Positions 38,014 through 47,947 of a stretch of 64,000 nt of DNA are shown in pieces (the first letter of the stretch is position 1; each line of letters begins with the position of its first letter). Below the pieces are notes generated by a model that saw nothing but the letters and a program-made list of their open reading frames with translations, ran no database searches and had not been told where the DNA came from. The stretch spans positions 2,455 to 66,454 of the forward strand of contig VMFW01000001.1 in the NCBI GenBank assembly GCA_007376265.1. The letters are read 5' to 3'. Both the position numbers and the translations under genes were made by a program. This DNA comes from Parcubacteria group bacterium Gr01-1014_20 (GTDB lineage: Bacteria; Patescibacteriota; Minisyncoccia; UBA6257; 2-01-FULL-56-20).

Positions 38014-38784
38014 ATGAAGTGGCCAGTTGAGCTCGCTTTAATCCGGCACGGCGAGTCTGAATTTAACGCGCTCAAAGCTTCTAAACGAGCGAGCGAGCTT
38101 TACGCTGAGTTTTGCCAGCACTTTAAGCGAGAGTGGGATTCTCCAAGAACTCGCGAGTTAGCCCTGCGAGTTCAGAAAGAGTTCTCGTTGGATTTTGGAG
38201 ACTACGATACTCCGCTTACGACTAAGGGTGCGGAGCAGGCAGAGCGAACCGCTTCGGAACTCTCTCAAAAAGTCAGTTTGCCCGACGTGGTTTTCGTTTC
38301 ACCCTATCTGAGGACTTGTCAGACTTTTAGCGCTATGAAAGCGCGCTGGCCGGATCTTGGTCGAGCCAAGATTTTGTTCGATGACCGAATTCGAGAACAA
38401 GAACACGGACTGTCTCTTCTCTATAATGATTGGCGGGTGATGCACGTTCTTCATCCAGAACAACACCACCTATGGGAGCGACAGGGGCGATATTGGTACC
38501 AGTTTCCCCAGGGAGAGAGTGTTTCCCAAGTGAGGGACAGAACGCGATCATGGATGACGACCTTGATTCGGGAATTTGCCGGCAAGCGAGTTTTAGCCAT
38601 TACCCACCATCTGACGATTCTTTCGCTTCGAGCGAATCTGGAGCGCTTGAGTCCAGAGCAGTTTACCAGGCTCGATGAGGAAGAGACACCGATTAATTGC
38701 GGAGTAACTGTTTACCTTGGAAATCCCAACCTCGGTAACGATGGCAGGCTTCAGTTGTCACTCTACAACCAGAAACTTTACTAG
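38014..38784 (+). CDS. Histidine phosphatase family protein
   Basis: LIRHGES, LT.KG..QA, SPYLRT.QT, RIREQ, ITHH. Confidence 0.92.
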   Translation: MKWPVELALIRHGESEFNALKASKRASELYAEFCQHFKREWDSPRTRELALRVQKEFSLDFGDYDTPLTTKGAEQAERTASELSQKVSLPDVVFVSPYLRTCQTFSAMKARWPDLGRAKILFDDRIREQEHGLSLLYNDWRVMHVLHPEQHHLWERQGRYWYQFPQGESVSQVRDRTRSWMTTLIREFAGKRVLAITHHLTILSLRANLERLSPEQFTRLDEEETPINCGVTVYLGNPNLGNDGRLQLSLYNQKLY

Positions 38785-38838
38785 GAGTTAAAATATTAAT
38801 CCCGCCCCGGCGGGATTTTTTGTGTTATAATTCCACGG

Positions 38839-39837
38839 GTGATTAGGAAAGAATTCGCTCAATATATTACTGAAGCGGTCGGTCAGGGGACCAGCCAGGA
38901 GAAGGTTGAAGAAAAACTAAAGAGTTTGGGGTTATCGAGCGCGGAGCTTCAGGAGGCGCGTGTATTCTATAAGAAGGTGGCGGATGAGGGGAAGAAGATT
39001 GATCGGGCTTTTAACGCTTCTCCTCTAGCGAAAGGACCGGTTATGGATTTTCAAGCCTCGTTTTTCCGAATGAGGTTGGTGGACAGGGTTTTGATCTATA
39101 TAAGTGTATTTCTATTCCTCCTTGTAATCGGGACCTCTTTTTTCGGACTTTTTCAATATGAAGAGCGGGTTAATCTGAACAGGAAACTCTTGGCGTTCGA
39201 GAATGAAAAAGCTGCGCTCATTAAGCACGCGAGCTCTCGTTTTGATAGCTTAAGCTCGAAGGTAAAGGACTATTTTAGTATTTCCGGGGTTGATTGCGGT
39301 AAAGAAGTTGAACTTTGTTTGAATGATATTTTGGATCGGGTTAAGGTGGAAAGTTCTTTGATTAAAGCGACGCTTTCTTCTCCCTATCTGGTTTCGTGGA
39401 GTGAGGCTGGATCTACTTTTTCTCTTTCGGGGGTTTCACTTGGTCCAACCGTGGCTGGTCCGGACTTAAGCGACGGCCGAGGGGGGCTGTATCGAGAGGG
39501 AGTGACTTTAAACGCACTAGTTTTACATCTGAAGATTACTTCCGGAAAAACCGCCGAGTGTCTGTCGGTTGATTTTCGAAGGGTCCTAGACGAGGAGGGT
39601 AACTTGGCGCAACCCAACACGTTTAGGTATAAGTTTGTCGACCCAAGCATTCCTGGATCGTTTACGGGGTGTCCTATGTCTAGCACAACCTACAACGACC
39701 AGAGTGTTATTTTCGTTGTCGGAAAAGACGAGAAGGAGTTTTTGCTGAACACGGGAGGCCAGTCGAATTTGTTTTTCACCGTCAAAGTTGTTGAGGGCAA
39801 TAAGTTGAAAGTTGAAAAGCCAATTAAGAAGGGCTGA
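38839..39837 (+). CDS. Single-pass membrane hypothetical protein
   Basis: One TM at ~aa 85-105; Cys-containing extracellular domain. Confidence 0.7.
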   Translation: MIRKEFAQYITEAVGQGTSQEKVEEKLKSLGLSSAELQEARVFYKKVADEGKKIDRAFNASPLAKGPVMDFQASFFRMRLVDRVLIYISVFLFLLVIGTSFFGLFQYEERVNLNRKLLAFENEKAALIKHASSRFDSLSSKVKDYFSISGVDCGKEVELCLNDILDRVKVESSLIKATLSSPYLVSWSEAGSTFSLSGVSLGPTVAGPDLSDGRGGLYREGVTLNALVLHLKITSGKTAECLSVDFRRVLDEEGNLAQPNTFRYKFVDPSIPGSFTGCPMSSTTYNDQSVIFVVGKDEKEFLLNTGGQSNLFFTVKVVEGNKLKVEKPIKKG

Positions 39838-39844
39838 TTTTTTC

Positions 39845-40279
39845 CTAACGGCTCCGAGTTTCTCTTTCGATCGCTTTTTTCTTCAGGGCCTCGCGTTTGT
39901 CATGTTTTTTTCGGGAGCGGGCGAGTCCCAAATCAATTTTAATTAAATTTTTTTTGAGGTGGGCGTTTAAGGCGACGAGTGCCAATCCTTTTTCATTTAG
40001 CCGACCCATCAGGGATTTTATTTCGGGTGAACGCAGAAGGAGGCGCCGAGTGCGCTTAGAGTCGTAGTCAATGGGCGCGTTTTTGGGCTGGTAGGCGGGG
40101 ATTTCAGAATTTAGAAGCCAGACCTCACCTTTTTTTATGACCGCATAGCTCGCGCTTAAGTTAAGCTTGCCTGATTTGGCGCTTTTGACTTCTTGTCCAC
40201 TAAGCTCGATGCCGGCTTCGAAATTTTCGAGAACTTCATAGTCGAAGCGAGCGCGACGGTTCTCGGATATTACTTTCAT
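39845..40279 (-). CDS. smpB: SsrA-binding protein
   Basis: ENRRARFDY, EAGIELSGQEVKS, RTRRLLL, KKHDKRE. Confidence 0.97.
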   Translation of the reverse strand: MKVISENRRARFDYEVLENFEAGIELSGQEVKSAKSGKLNLSASYAVIKKGEVWLLNSEIPAYQPKNAPIDYDSKRTRRLLLRSPEIKSLMGRLNEKGLALVALNAHLKKNLIKIDLGLARSRKKHDKREALKKKAIERETRSR

Positions 40280-40493
40280 GTTTTTAATGATGGCGGTTTT
40301 TGCCCCTTAATGCAATAAAAAGTCCCCGCGTTTAGCGCGGGGACGAGTGGTCGAGGCTCAGTCAAAAAATGGGGGAAAAACTTTAAGGTGAGGGTTACCT
40401 GGGAATGGTTTTTGACTCAAGCGGGGCGACCACCTCCGCTCGGGATTCTAGCATTTCTTGTTTAGGAGAGTAAATAGTTTTAAAGTTATGTTT

Positions 40494-42200
40494 ATGAAGG
40501 CCGAAATAACGAAGTTGGTTGAAAGAGTGGCTGGGACTGATCAGTTTGAGATTTTGGTTCCCGAACGAGATAGTTTTGGTCACTATTCGACTAACGTGGC
40601 GATGAGGATGGCTAAGCAGTCCGGTAGAAATCCGGTGGAGTTGGCGCGAGAGCTCATCGTGAGAATTTCGGCTGGGGCACCCAGGGGGGTGTTTCTAAAA
40701 ATCGAGGCGGCTGCTCCGGGGTTCATCAATTTTTGGCTTACAAAGGAGTTTTTGCAAAAGGAAGGATTTAGGGCCTTGGGGAACAAGAGCTTTGGCAAAA
40801 CAAATCTAGGGAGGGGTAAAAAAGTGATTTTTGAGTATTCGGATCCAAACATTGCAAAAAGAATGCACGTGGGACATTTAAGGGCGACGATTATCGGTGA
40901 CGCACTTGCGAATATTTATGAGTTTTTGGGGTACAAGGTGGTCCGATGGAATTACATCGGGGATTGGGGGACGCAGTTTGGGAAGATGATCGTGGCTTAC
41001 AAGCTTTGGGGAAACAAGGTAGCCGTTCAAAAAAATCCAATTGAAGAACTGCAGAGGCTGTATGTGAAGTTTCACGAAGAGATGGAGAGAAGTCCGGATT
41101 TGGAAGAACGGGGTCAGGAGGAATTTAAAAAGCTAGAAGAGGGAAATGGGGGAAACAAGAAACTTTGGGAATGGTTTAAGAGGGAATCGCTCCGGGAGTT
41201 TGATAGAATCTATCAGCTCTTAGGGGTGAAGTTCGACGTGACGATTGGTGAGGCCTTTTATGAAAAGGGCTTAAAAAAGCTCGTGGCTGATTTAAAAAGT
41301 AAGGGGGTGGCTAAAGAGAGTGAGGGGTCGCTCATCGTGACTCTAGAAAAATTTGGTTTGCCACCCGCCCTAGTTCAGAAGTCTGACGGGGCAAGTTTGT
41401 ATATGACCCGCGACATCGCAAACATCAAGTACCGCTTGGCGAAATATAAACCCGTAAAAATGTTTTATGTAGTCGGGAACGAACAGTCGTTGCATTTTGA
41501 GCAACTGTTTAAGGTGGCAGAAATTTTGAAGTTGAATAAAGCAGAGCTGAAGCACCTGAAGTTTGGTTTAGTTTTGGATGAAGATGGGCAAAAGTTTGCG
41601 ACGCGCGAGGGGCGGGTGGTTTTGTTGGACGACTTGATAAATAAGGCGATGGCCTTGGCGCTTGAGATAGTGGATAGGAAAAATCCTGGTTTATCAAAAA
41701 AAGATAAAGAGAAAGTTGCTCGCGCGGTGGGAATTGGAGCTTTGAAATATAACGACCTCAAAGAAAACCGGCATTCGGATGTGACGTTTAACTGGGGGCA
41801 GATGTTGAATATTTCGGGTAACAGCGGGCCGTACCTTCAGTATACGTACGCAAGGTTGGCAAGTATCTTGGGAAAAAACAAAAAACAAAAAACAAATAAC
41901 AAAAAGACCAAACCAGATTTTAAGTTGTTGGATAAAAAAGAAGAATTAGATTTGATCAGAAAAGTTTTACAGTTTCCGGATGCCATCTCAGAAGCCCACG
42001 ATTCGCTTTTGACCAGTAATTTTTCGAACTATCTTTACGAGCTGGCTAGCTTGGCGAATAGATTTTATGAGACGACCCCGGTTATAAAAGAGCCAGATGT
42101 TGCCCGGCGGGGGGCGAGGGTCGGCCTTATTCAGGTCACCAACCGAGTCATTAAAGCCGGTTTGGGACTACTTGGAATCAGGGCGCTTGGTAGTATTTAG
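40494..42200 (+). CDS. argS: Arginine--tRNA ligase
   Basis: HVGH (HIGH), GDWGTQFG, KFATREG, GNSGPYLQYTYAR; start uncertain (40488/40494). Confidence 0.97.
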   Translation: MKAEITKLVERVAGTDQFEILVPERDSFGHYSTNVAMRMAKQSGRNPVELARELIVRISAGAPRGVFLKIEAAAPGFINFWLTKEFLQKEGFRALGNKSFGKTNLGRGKKVIFEYSDPNIAKRMHVGHLRATIIGDALANIYEFLGYKVVRWNYIGDWGTQFGKMIVAYKLWGNKVAVQKNPIEELQRLYVKFHEEMERSPDLEERGQEEFKKLEEGNGGNKKLWEWFKRESLREFDRIYQLLGVKFDVTIGEAFYEKGLKKLVADLKSKGVAKESEGSLIVTLEKFGLPPALVQKSDGASLYMTRDIANIKYRLAKYKPVKMFYVVGNEQSLHFEQLFKVAEILKLNKAELKHLKFGLVLDEDGQKFATREGRVVLLDDLINKAMALALEIVDRKNPGLSKKDKEKVARAVGIGALKYNDLKENRHSDVTFNWGQMLNISGNSGPYLQYTYARLASILGKNKKQKTNNKKTKPDFKLLDKKEELDLIRKVLQFPDAISEAHDSLLTSNFSNYLYELASLANRFYETTPVIKEPDVARRGARVGLIQVTNRVIKAGLGLLGIRALGSI

Positions 42201-42275
42201 CCCGTTTGACCGAAGGAGTTGAATTTGATATCTAGAGAGTAGGAAAGTTTTACAATTTAAAACCAAGGGGGATCT

Positions 42276-42848
42276 ATGGGATTGTTAAGGCCGAGGAAGC
42301 CGAATTGGGCAGACAAGATGCGGGCTAAGAAAAAATTTAGGAGCGAGAGGAGGAGGGCGGCGGTCCACATTGACATGACGCCAATGGTGGACATTGGCTT
42401 CTTGCTTTTAATTTTCTACATGTCGACCACCCAGTTTAAGCCGCCGGAACAGAAAGACGTTACCTTACCTCGTTCGACTTCAGAGCGAAAGTTGCCCAAA
42501 GAGAACTTTATCACGGTTACAGTAACCAAAGAGGACTCAATTTACGTTGATTACGTGATCAAGGTGAGGGAATTTGACCCTGCAACGGGAGACTCAATTG
42601 ACGTGCCGTCTAGGGAGTACATCGCTACTTCGCCCGAAAGAGTGGGGAGGGAAGTAAAAAGGATGCAGGCTAACGCTTTTAATAAAGGCATCCGTGAGCT
42701 CTACTTGGCAATTAAGGGCGATCGGGACGCATCTTTTGGAGCTGTTGAGAAGGTGATGAAGTCTTTGCAGGAAGAGAACCTGAATAGCTTCCAGGTCGTT
42801 ACTGACCTTGATCGGTCTTTGAAGCGGACAACGGTTGGTGGTCCTTAG
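42276..42848 (+). CDS. exbD: Biopolymer transport ExbD/TolR family protein (orphan)
   Basis: IDMTPMVDIGFLLLIFYM TM with conserved Asp; LP.S; IKGDRDASFG.V..VM. Confidence 0.88.
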   Translation: MGLLRPRKPNWADKMRAKKKFRSERRRAAVHIDMTPMVDIGFLLLIFYMSTTQFKPPEQKDVTLPRSTSERKLPKENFITVTVTKEDSIYVDYVIKVREFDPATGDSIDVPSREYIATSPERVGREVKRMQANAFNKGIRELYLAIKGDRDASFGAVEKVMKSLQEENLNSFQVVTDLDRSLKRTTVGGP

Positions 42849-42996
42849 GTTTTTGGCGCCAGGCATTGATTAACCTCTGTAACTCACACAGGGGTTTTTT
42901 ATTCGAGTCGCTCCTGTACTTGATTTTTTTGGTCCCACTTTGTAAGCGGGGCTTTTTGTTGACCCGGGCGTGTTAGAATTAGTAGGATAAACCCTA

Positions 42997-45900
42997 ATGT
43001 TCGTTAAAGATTTAAAAGAATTTAATTTGCCCAAAACCGAGGAAAAGGTTTTGGAGTACTGGAAGAAAAACCAAATTTTCGAAAAAACACTCGCTTTAAG
43101 GAAACCCACCTCCGCTAAAGCTTCGAAGGGCAAAAAACACTTCGTGTTTTTTGAGGGGCCACCGACGGCGAACGGCCGGCCTGGGATCCACCACGTTTTG
43201 GCGCGAGCTTTTAAGGACGTCATTTTACGGTATAAAACCATGCGGGGTTTTAACGCGCCGCGGCGGGCGGGGTGGGACACGCACGGACTGCCAGTAGAGA
43301 TTCAGGTTGAAAAAGAGCTGGGCTTGAAGTCGAAAAAAGATATTGAAAAATTTGGGATCGCGGAGTTTAACAAAAAGTGCAAGGAATCGGTCTGGAAATT
43401 TAAGGATGAGTGGGAGAGGTTAACCGAGCGGATGGGTTTTTGGTTGGATATGAAAGACCCTTATGTCACTTACGAGAAAGATTATATTGAAACTTTGTGG
43501 TGGATCATCGCGCAGTTTTGGAAGAAGAAGCTTTTATACAAAGGAAACCGAATAGTGAATTGGTGCACCCGTTGCGGAACAGGACTTTCTTCACACGAGA
43601 TGGCGCAGGGGTACAAGGAAGTGACGGATAATTCGGTTTATGTAAAGTTTAAACTGAAGAAGGGCCAGAAGGTCGGAAAAGATTTTTCGACAAACGATAA
43701 AACCTATATTTTATCTTGGACAACCACGCCCTGGACGTTGCCCGGTAACGTAGCGCTCGCAGCTGGAGAGAAGATACGTTACGTCTTTATTGAAGCCGAT
43801 GGAGAAGTTTTGGTTTTAGCTAAAGAAAGGATGGAGGCGGTGGGAGTTCAGGGAAGAATTATTAAAGAAACGATGGGCAAAGATTTGGTAGGTTTGTCGT
43901 ACCAACCGCTTTTTGAGGTGGACCCACTCAAGAGCAAAAATTCTTACAAAGTTTATGCGGCGGATTTTGTGACGACGACGGATGGAACAGGTGTGGTGCA
44001 TACGGCGGTCATGTACGGAGAGGATGACTACAAGTTGGGCGTGAAGATGGGTTTGACCCAACACCACACCGTGGACGTGGCAGGGAAATTTACAAAAGAC
44101 GTAAAAGTTCTGGCGGGTATGTACGTCAAAGATAAAAAAACTGAAGAAAAAATTCTTAATTATCTAAAAGCTAGAAGTTATCACCTGAAAACTGAACCAC
44201 ACAAACATGACTATCCGCATTGCTGGCGATGTTCGACGCCTCTGCTTTATTATGCGAGGTCGTCTTGGTTTGTGGCGATGTCGAAGCTCAAAAAAGAACT
44301 TTTAGCTAGTAACAATAAGATCAATTGGACGCCAGAGCACGTTAAAAATGGAAGGTTTGGCGAGTGGCTTCGAGAGGTTAAAGATTGGAATTTTTCGCGG
44401 GAAAGATACTGGGGGACGCCCTTGCCGATTTGGGAGTGTAGCAAATGCGGGATTACGGAAGCAATTGAGAGTTTAGCTGATTTAGATGGAAAAACCGGAG
44501 GGGCGAGAAATCGGTATTGGGTGATGAGACACGGACAATCCGAGGCGATGATGGTGGGCGTGATTGACGCTGGTAAAGGAAAGTATCGTTTGACTGACCT
44601 GGGACGAAAACAAGCGGAAAAAACCGCCAAGAGGTTGGCCAAGGAAAAAATTGATTTAGTAATTAGCTCCGATGTTTTGAGGACTAAAGAGACGGCGCAA
44701 ATTGTGGCCAGGGTTTTGGAGGTGGGGAAGCCGGTTTTAGATGAGCGTCTTCGCGAGATAAATTTGGGGGTTTTGGCCGGAAAATCTGTTCGGGAGTATT
44801 CGGAGATTTTGCCTACGCTCGATTCCAGGATTTTAGGAAAACCAGAAGGTGGGGAGTCGATAACAGATGTGAGAACCAGGATGTGGAGTTTCGTTCAGGA
44901 GATTGAGAAGAAGTATAAAGGCAAAAATATTTTGCTAGTTAGTCACGAGTACCCGATATGGATTTTAAGTCAGGTGATGAATGGCTGGACGAATCAGGAA
45001 CTCATTCTAGAAAAAACTAAAGGGGGAAAAAACTATATTGAGGCTGGTGAGGTTTGGGGGGTGGCGCATAAGGTTTTGCCGAGAGATAATACCGGTCTGG
45101 TTGATTTGCACCGACCGTATATCGACGAGATTTTCCTAAAGTGTTCGAAGTGCGAAGGAAAAATGAAGAGGGTAAAAGAATTGGCGGACGTCTGGTTTGA
45201 TTCTGGGGCGATGCCGCTAGCACAGTCTCATTTTCCATTCGACCGTGCAAAAAGTTCCAAGTCACAAATAACAAATAACAAAGAACACGTTGATTATCCG
45301 GCGGACTATATTTGCGAGGCAGTGGATCAGACGCGGGGATGGTTTTATACGCTTTTAGCGATAGCCACGGCTCTCGGTAAGAACGCGCCTTACCGAAATG
45401 TAATTTCGCTCGGACATATCAACGACAAACACGGGCAAAAAATGTCCAAATCAAAAGGAAACATTGTTGATCCGTGGATGATGGCAGAAAAATATGGCAT
45501 GGATGCCGTGCGTTGGTACATGTATGCTGCGACACCGCCGGGAGAGCCAAAAAATTTTGACGAGCAAGAGCTTCTTAAAACCTACAGGCGGATGCATTTA
45601 ATTTTGTGGAACTCCCTTCTTTTCTATAAAACATACGCCGTTTCTGGGTCCAGTCGTAAGTTGGGGTTGCGGCCGAAGTCTAAGAATTTGCTTGATTTAT
45701 GGATGCTCTCTCGGCTTGATGAGGCGATAGTCAGAGCGACTAAAGCGATGGATCGATATGATATTCGGGGGGCTGCGCTCGAGATTGAAAAACTGGTGGA
45801 CGATCTTTCTAGATGGTACATTCGTCGCTCGCGACGAAGGTTGCAACGACCGGAGAGTAAAGCCGATTTTGAAGCTTGTGCGTCTACGCTTCAGCATGTC

Positions 45901-46563
45901 CTAGCCTCGATTTCTAAAATGATGGCGCCGTTTAATCCTTTCTTTTCGGAGGTTGTTTGGAATACTTTGGGAGGCGCGAGCTCTATTCACCTTGAAGATT
46001 GGCCGACAAGAAACATTAAGAGCCAAGCGCCAGGCAATAAGTTGGTGGAAGAGATGGGAGTGATACGCGGCTTAGCAACCCTGGGTTTGGCGAAAAGAGC
46101 CGAGGTGGGGGTGAAGGTGAGACAGCCCCTCTCGGTGATGAAAATAAAGCCCAAGGTTACCAACAAGCAGTCGCTTCAGATTTTGGCTGATGAGGTCAAT
46201 GTTAAAAAGACTATCGTTGATGCGAAGATAAAAGGTGAGATCGAACTCGATACAAGGATAACTGCGGAGTTGAAAGAAGAGGGGATTTTAAGGGAGCTCG
46301 TACGGGCGATTCAGGATTTGCGTCAGAGAGCGGGGCTGGAGCCTGGCGACGCGATTGTTGTGATGTTGGAGTTGCCGGATAACTTGCGAGAGATAGTTTT
46401 GTCCGCCGGAGGCCGATCCTCCTCGGGAGGAAAAAATGAAGCCTTTTTGAAGAATGAAACTGGAGCTAAAAGTATTGAATACAAAAGATCAGAAAAGTTT
46501 GAAGCGGAAGCGATCACGAAGTTTGAAGATTCAGAGGTTTGGTTGGCAGTTAGGAAGATATAA
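42997..46563 (+). CDS. ileS: Isoleucine--tRNA ligase (type 2) with inserted histidine-phosphatase domain
   Basis: EGPPTANGRPGIHH, GWDTHGLP, WTTTPWTLP, SRERYWG, DQTRGWF, KMSKS; insert RHGQS...VSHE. Confidence 0.97.
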   Translation: MFVKDLKEFNLPKTEEKVLEYWKKNQIFEKTLALRKPTSAKASKGKKHFVFFEGPPTANGRPGIHHVLARAFKDVILRYKTMRGFNAPRRAGWDTHGLPVEIQVEKELGLKSKKDIEKFGIAEFNKKCKESVWKFKDEWERLTERMGFWLDMKDPYVTYEKDYIETLWWIIAQFWKKKLLYKGNRIVNWCTRCGTGLSSHEMAQGYKEVTDNSVYVKFKLKKGQKVGKDFSTNDKTYILSWTTTPWTLPGNVALAAGEKIRYVFIEADGEVLVLAKERMEAVGVQGRIIKETMGKDLVGLSYQPLFEVDPLKSKNSYKVYAADFVTTTDGTGVVHTAVMYGEDDYKLGVKMGLTQHHTVDVAGKFTKDVKVLAGMYVKDKKTEEKILNYLKARSYHLKTEPHKHDYPHCWRCSTPLLYYARSSWFVAMSKLKKELLASNNKINWTPEHVKNGRFGEWLREVKDWNFSRERYWGTPLPIWECSKCGITEAIESLADLDGKTGGARNRYWVMRHGQSEAMMVGVIDAGKGKYRLTDLGRKQAEKTAKRLAKEKIDLVISSDVLRTKETAQIVARVLEVGKPVLDERLREINLGVLAGKSVREYSEILPTLDSRILGKPEGGESITDVRTRMWSFVQEIEKKYKGKNILLVSHEYPIWILSQVMNGWTNQELILEKTKGGKNYIEAGEVWGVAHKVLPRDNTGLVDLHRPYIDEIFLKCSKCEGKMKRVKELADVWFDSGAMPLAQSHFPFDRAKSSKSQITNNKEHVDYPADYICEAVDQTRGWFYTLLAIATALGKNAPYRNVISLGHINDKHGQKMSKSKGNIVDPWMMAEKYGMDAVRWYMYAATPPGEPKNFDEQELLKTYRRMHLILWNSLLFYKTYAVSGSSRKLGLRPKSKNLLDLWMLSRLDEAIVRATKAMDRYDIRGAALEIEKLVDDLSRWYIRRSRRRLQRPESKADFEACASTLQHVLASISKMMAPFNPFFSEVVWNTLGGASSIHLEDWPTRNIKSQAPGNKLVEEMGVIRGLATLGLAKRAEVGVKVRQPLSVMKIKPKVTNKQSLQILADEVNVKKTIVDAKIKGEIELDTRITAELKEEGILRELVRAIQDLRQRAGLEPGDAIVVMLELPDNLREIVLSAGGRSSSGGKNEAFLKNETGAKSIEYKRSEKFEAEAITKFEDSEVWLAVRKI

Positions 46564-46600
46564 AAAGCGCTCCGGTAGTTATCGGAGCGCTTGGGTTTTT

Positions 46601-47023
46601 CTACTCGGCTAGTTCCGGGTAGTTGTCGATGACAAGACTGGGGCAATCAACAAAGTCCTTGTCTTCGTCGAAGAACGGCTGGCCGCCGAAGCAGACCATT
46701 TCCATTTCGGTCAGAGGATATAGGGTGTGAGCCTCGAGTCGATTGAAGCAGACGACCGAGTTTGGTTCGAACGGCACTTTTTGGGGAGGCGAAGTTATAT
46801 TCCCCTTGGGATCAACTTCGGCTACAAGAAAATACCCACTTCCGGAGAGGATGAGGAAATGTTCGCTTTTGAAGCGGTGAGCGTGTTTTCCAAGTGGAGC
46901 TTTCGTCTGGCGGATTTCGAATCTTTGATAAACAAAGCCGCCTGGAATTGAGTTCAATTCACGAATCGTGCGTCTCTCGTCGCTCATTCGGGGATCGGTG
47001 ACTGAGACTTGTCCTGTTATCAA
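46601..47023 (-). CDS. Cupin-fold protein
   Basis: GKHAH..KSEHF...G.G and EAHT cupin motifs; AAAGGAGGT SD; TTGACA promoter at 47100-47095. Confidence 0.75.
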   Translation of the reverse strand: MITGQVSVTDPRMSDERRTIRELNSIPGGFVYQRFEIRQTKAPLGKHAHRFKSEHFLILSGSGYFLVAEVDPKGNITSPPQKVPFEPNSVVCFNRLEAHTLYPLTEMEMVCFGGQPFFDEDKDFVDCPSLVIDNYPELAE

Positions 47024-47137
47024 GTTACCTCCTTTGGGTGGTGGTTTTTTATTAAAGAACTCAGATAAGTCAATTTAGAGCTTACAGATTGATTTGTCAA
47101 AGAAAAAGCGGCTCGTTTGACGAGCCGCTTGGGGTTT

Positions 47138-47923
47138 TTACGGATGTTTTACAACCGAGTAGTGTTGCATATATTCGTCATAGGAGGTATAGCTTTCGTC
47201 CATGCGGGTGGCTTTGACATCGGGGATCAGCGGGAATCGATCGGTTTCCGGGAAGCCAAACCTTCTGAAGAAATCTCGGAGAATTCGATCCTGACTCCAT
47301 CCGGTTTCTAGACGCTTAGCAACAATCTCATCAAGCGAAGTTATGACGCTGATTGACTCGCTTGAGAGGTTGCCAAACTTCTCTTGAATCCTGACGAGCT
47401 TAGCCCAAACGTCGTCGTCCAATCCGGCCATCCAGACGGAGGCAAAACCTTGAACGTCGCCGGTTTTGTTTTCCGGGTCGGCTCGATCAAAAACGATTCT
47501 TGGGACAAACTCGATGTAATCACCGAGATGAAAGAGTGAGTCGATAATAGCCCTCTTGACGGCTTCGAGATCATCCAGATCTCCCTCGCTTGGATCAACA
47601 TTCTTCCGGTCGACAGTTCGAGTTGAGACTGCGTGGCCAAAGATTTGGGCGAGCTCGGCGTCGTCAACTGGGCCGAGCGGTCTTTTGACCGAGAGCTCTT
47701 CCTTGATTTCCCGAATGAGCGTGCCCTTGGGACTTCCGTCGTTAGCGGCAGCGGTTCCGAGCCAATTGCCTCCCATGCAGAGAAGCTTGAGTGCGAAAGC
47801 CTTCTTAGGATAAGTGGCGTCTTTCATATCGAGGAAGACGTCTCTCGGATTGCTTTTCCGATAGGTGATGCAAACCGCCGAAAGGGTTTGAACCTCCGGA
47901 CGGCCGTCGGCTGCGGTGATCAA
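47138..47923 (-). CDS. Divergent NUDIX-like protein (paralog A, acidic)
   Basis: GGNW....D......TLIREIKEEL extended Nudix box; aligns full length with 48823..49623. Confidence 0.65.
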   Translation of the reverse strand: MITAADGRPEVQTLSAVCITYRKSNPRDVFLDMKDATYPKKAFALKLLCMGGNWLGTAAANDGSPKGTLIREIKEELSVKRPLGPVDDAELAQIFGHAVSTRTVDRKNVDPSEGDLDDLEAVKRAIIDSLFHLGDYIEFVPRIVFDRADPENKTGDVQGFASVWMAGLDDDVWAKLVRIQEKFGNLSSESISVITSLDEIVAKRLETGWSQDRILRDFFRRFGFPETDRFPLIPDVKATRMDESYTSYDEYMQHYSVVKHP

Positions 47924-47947
47924 TCATGACCTCCTTTTTGAAGCGGG

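Noticed and set aside
32422-39837. Prophage or integrative island around ssrA
   Set aside because: No integrase, transposase or phage structural genes; only a short att-like scar is visible.
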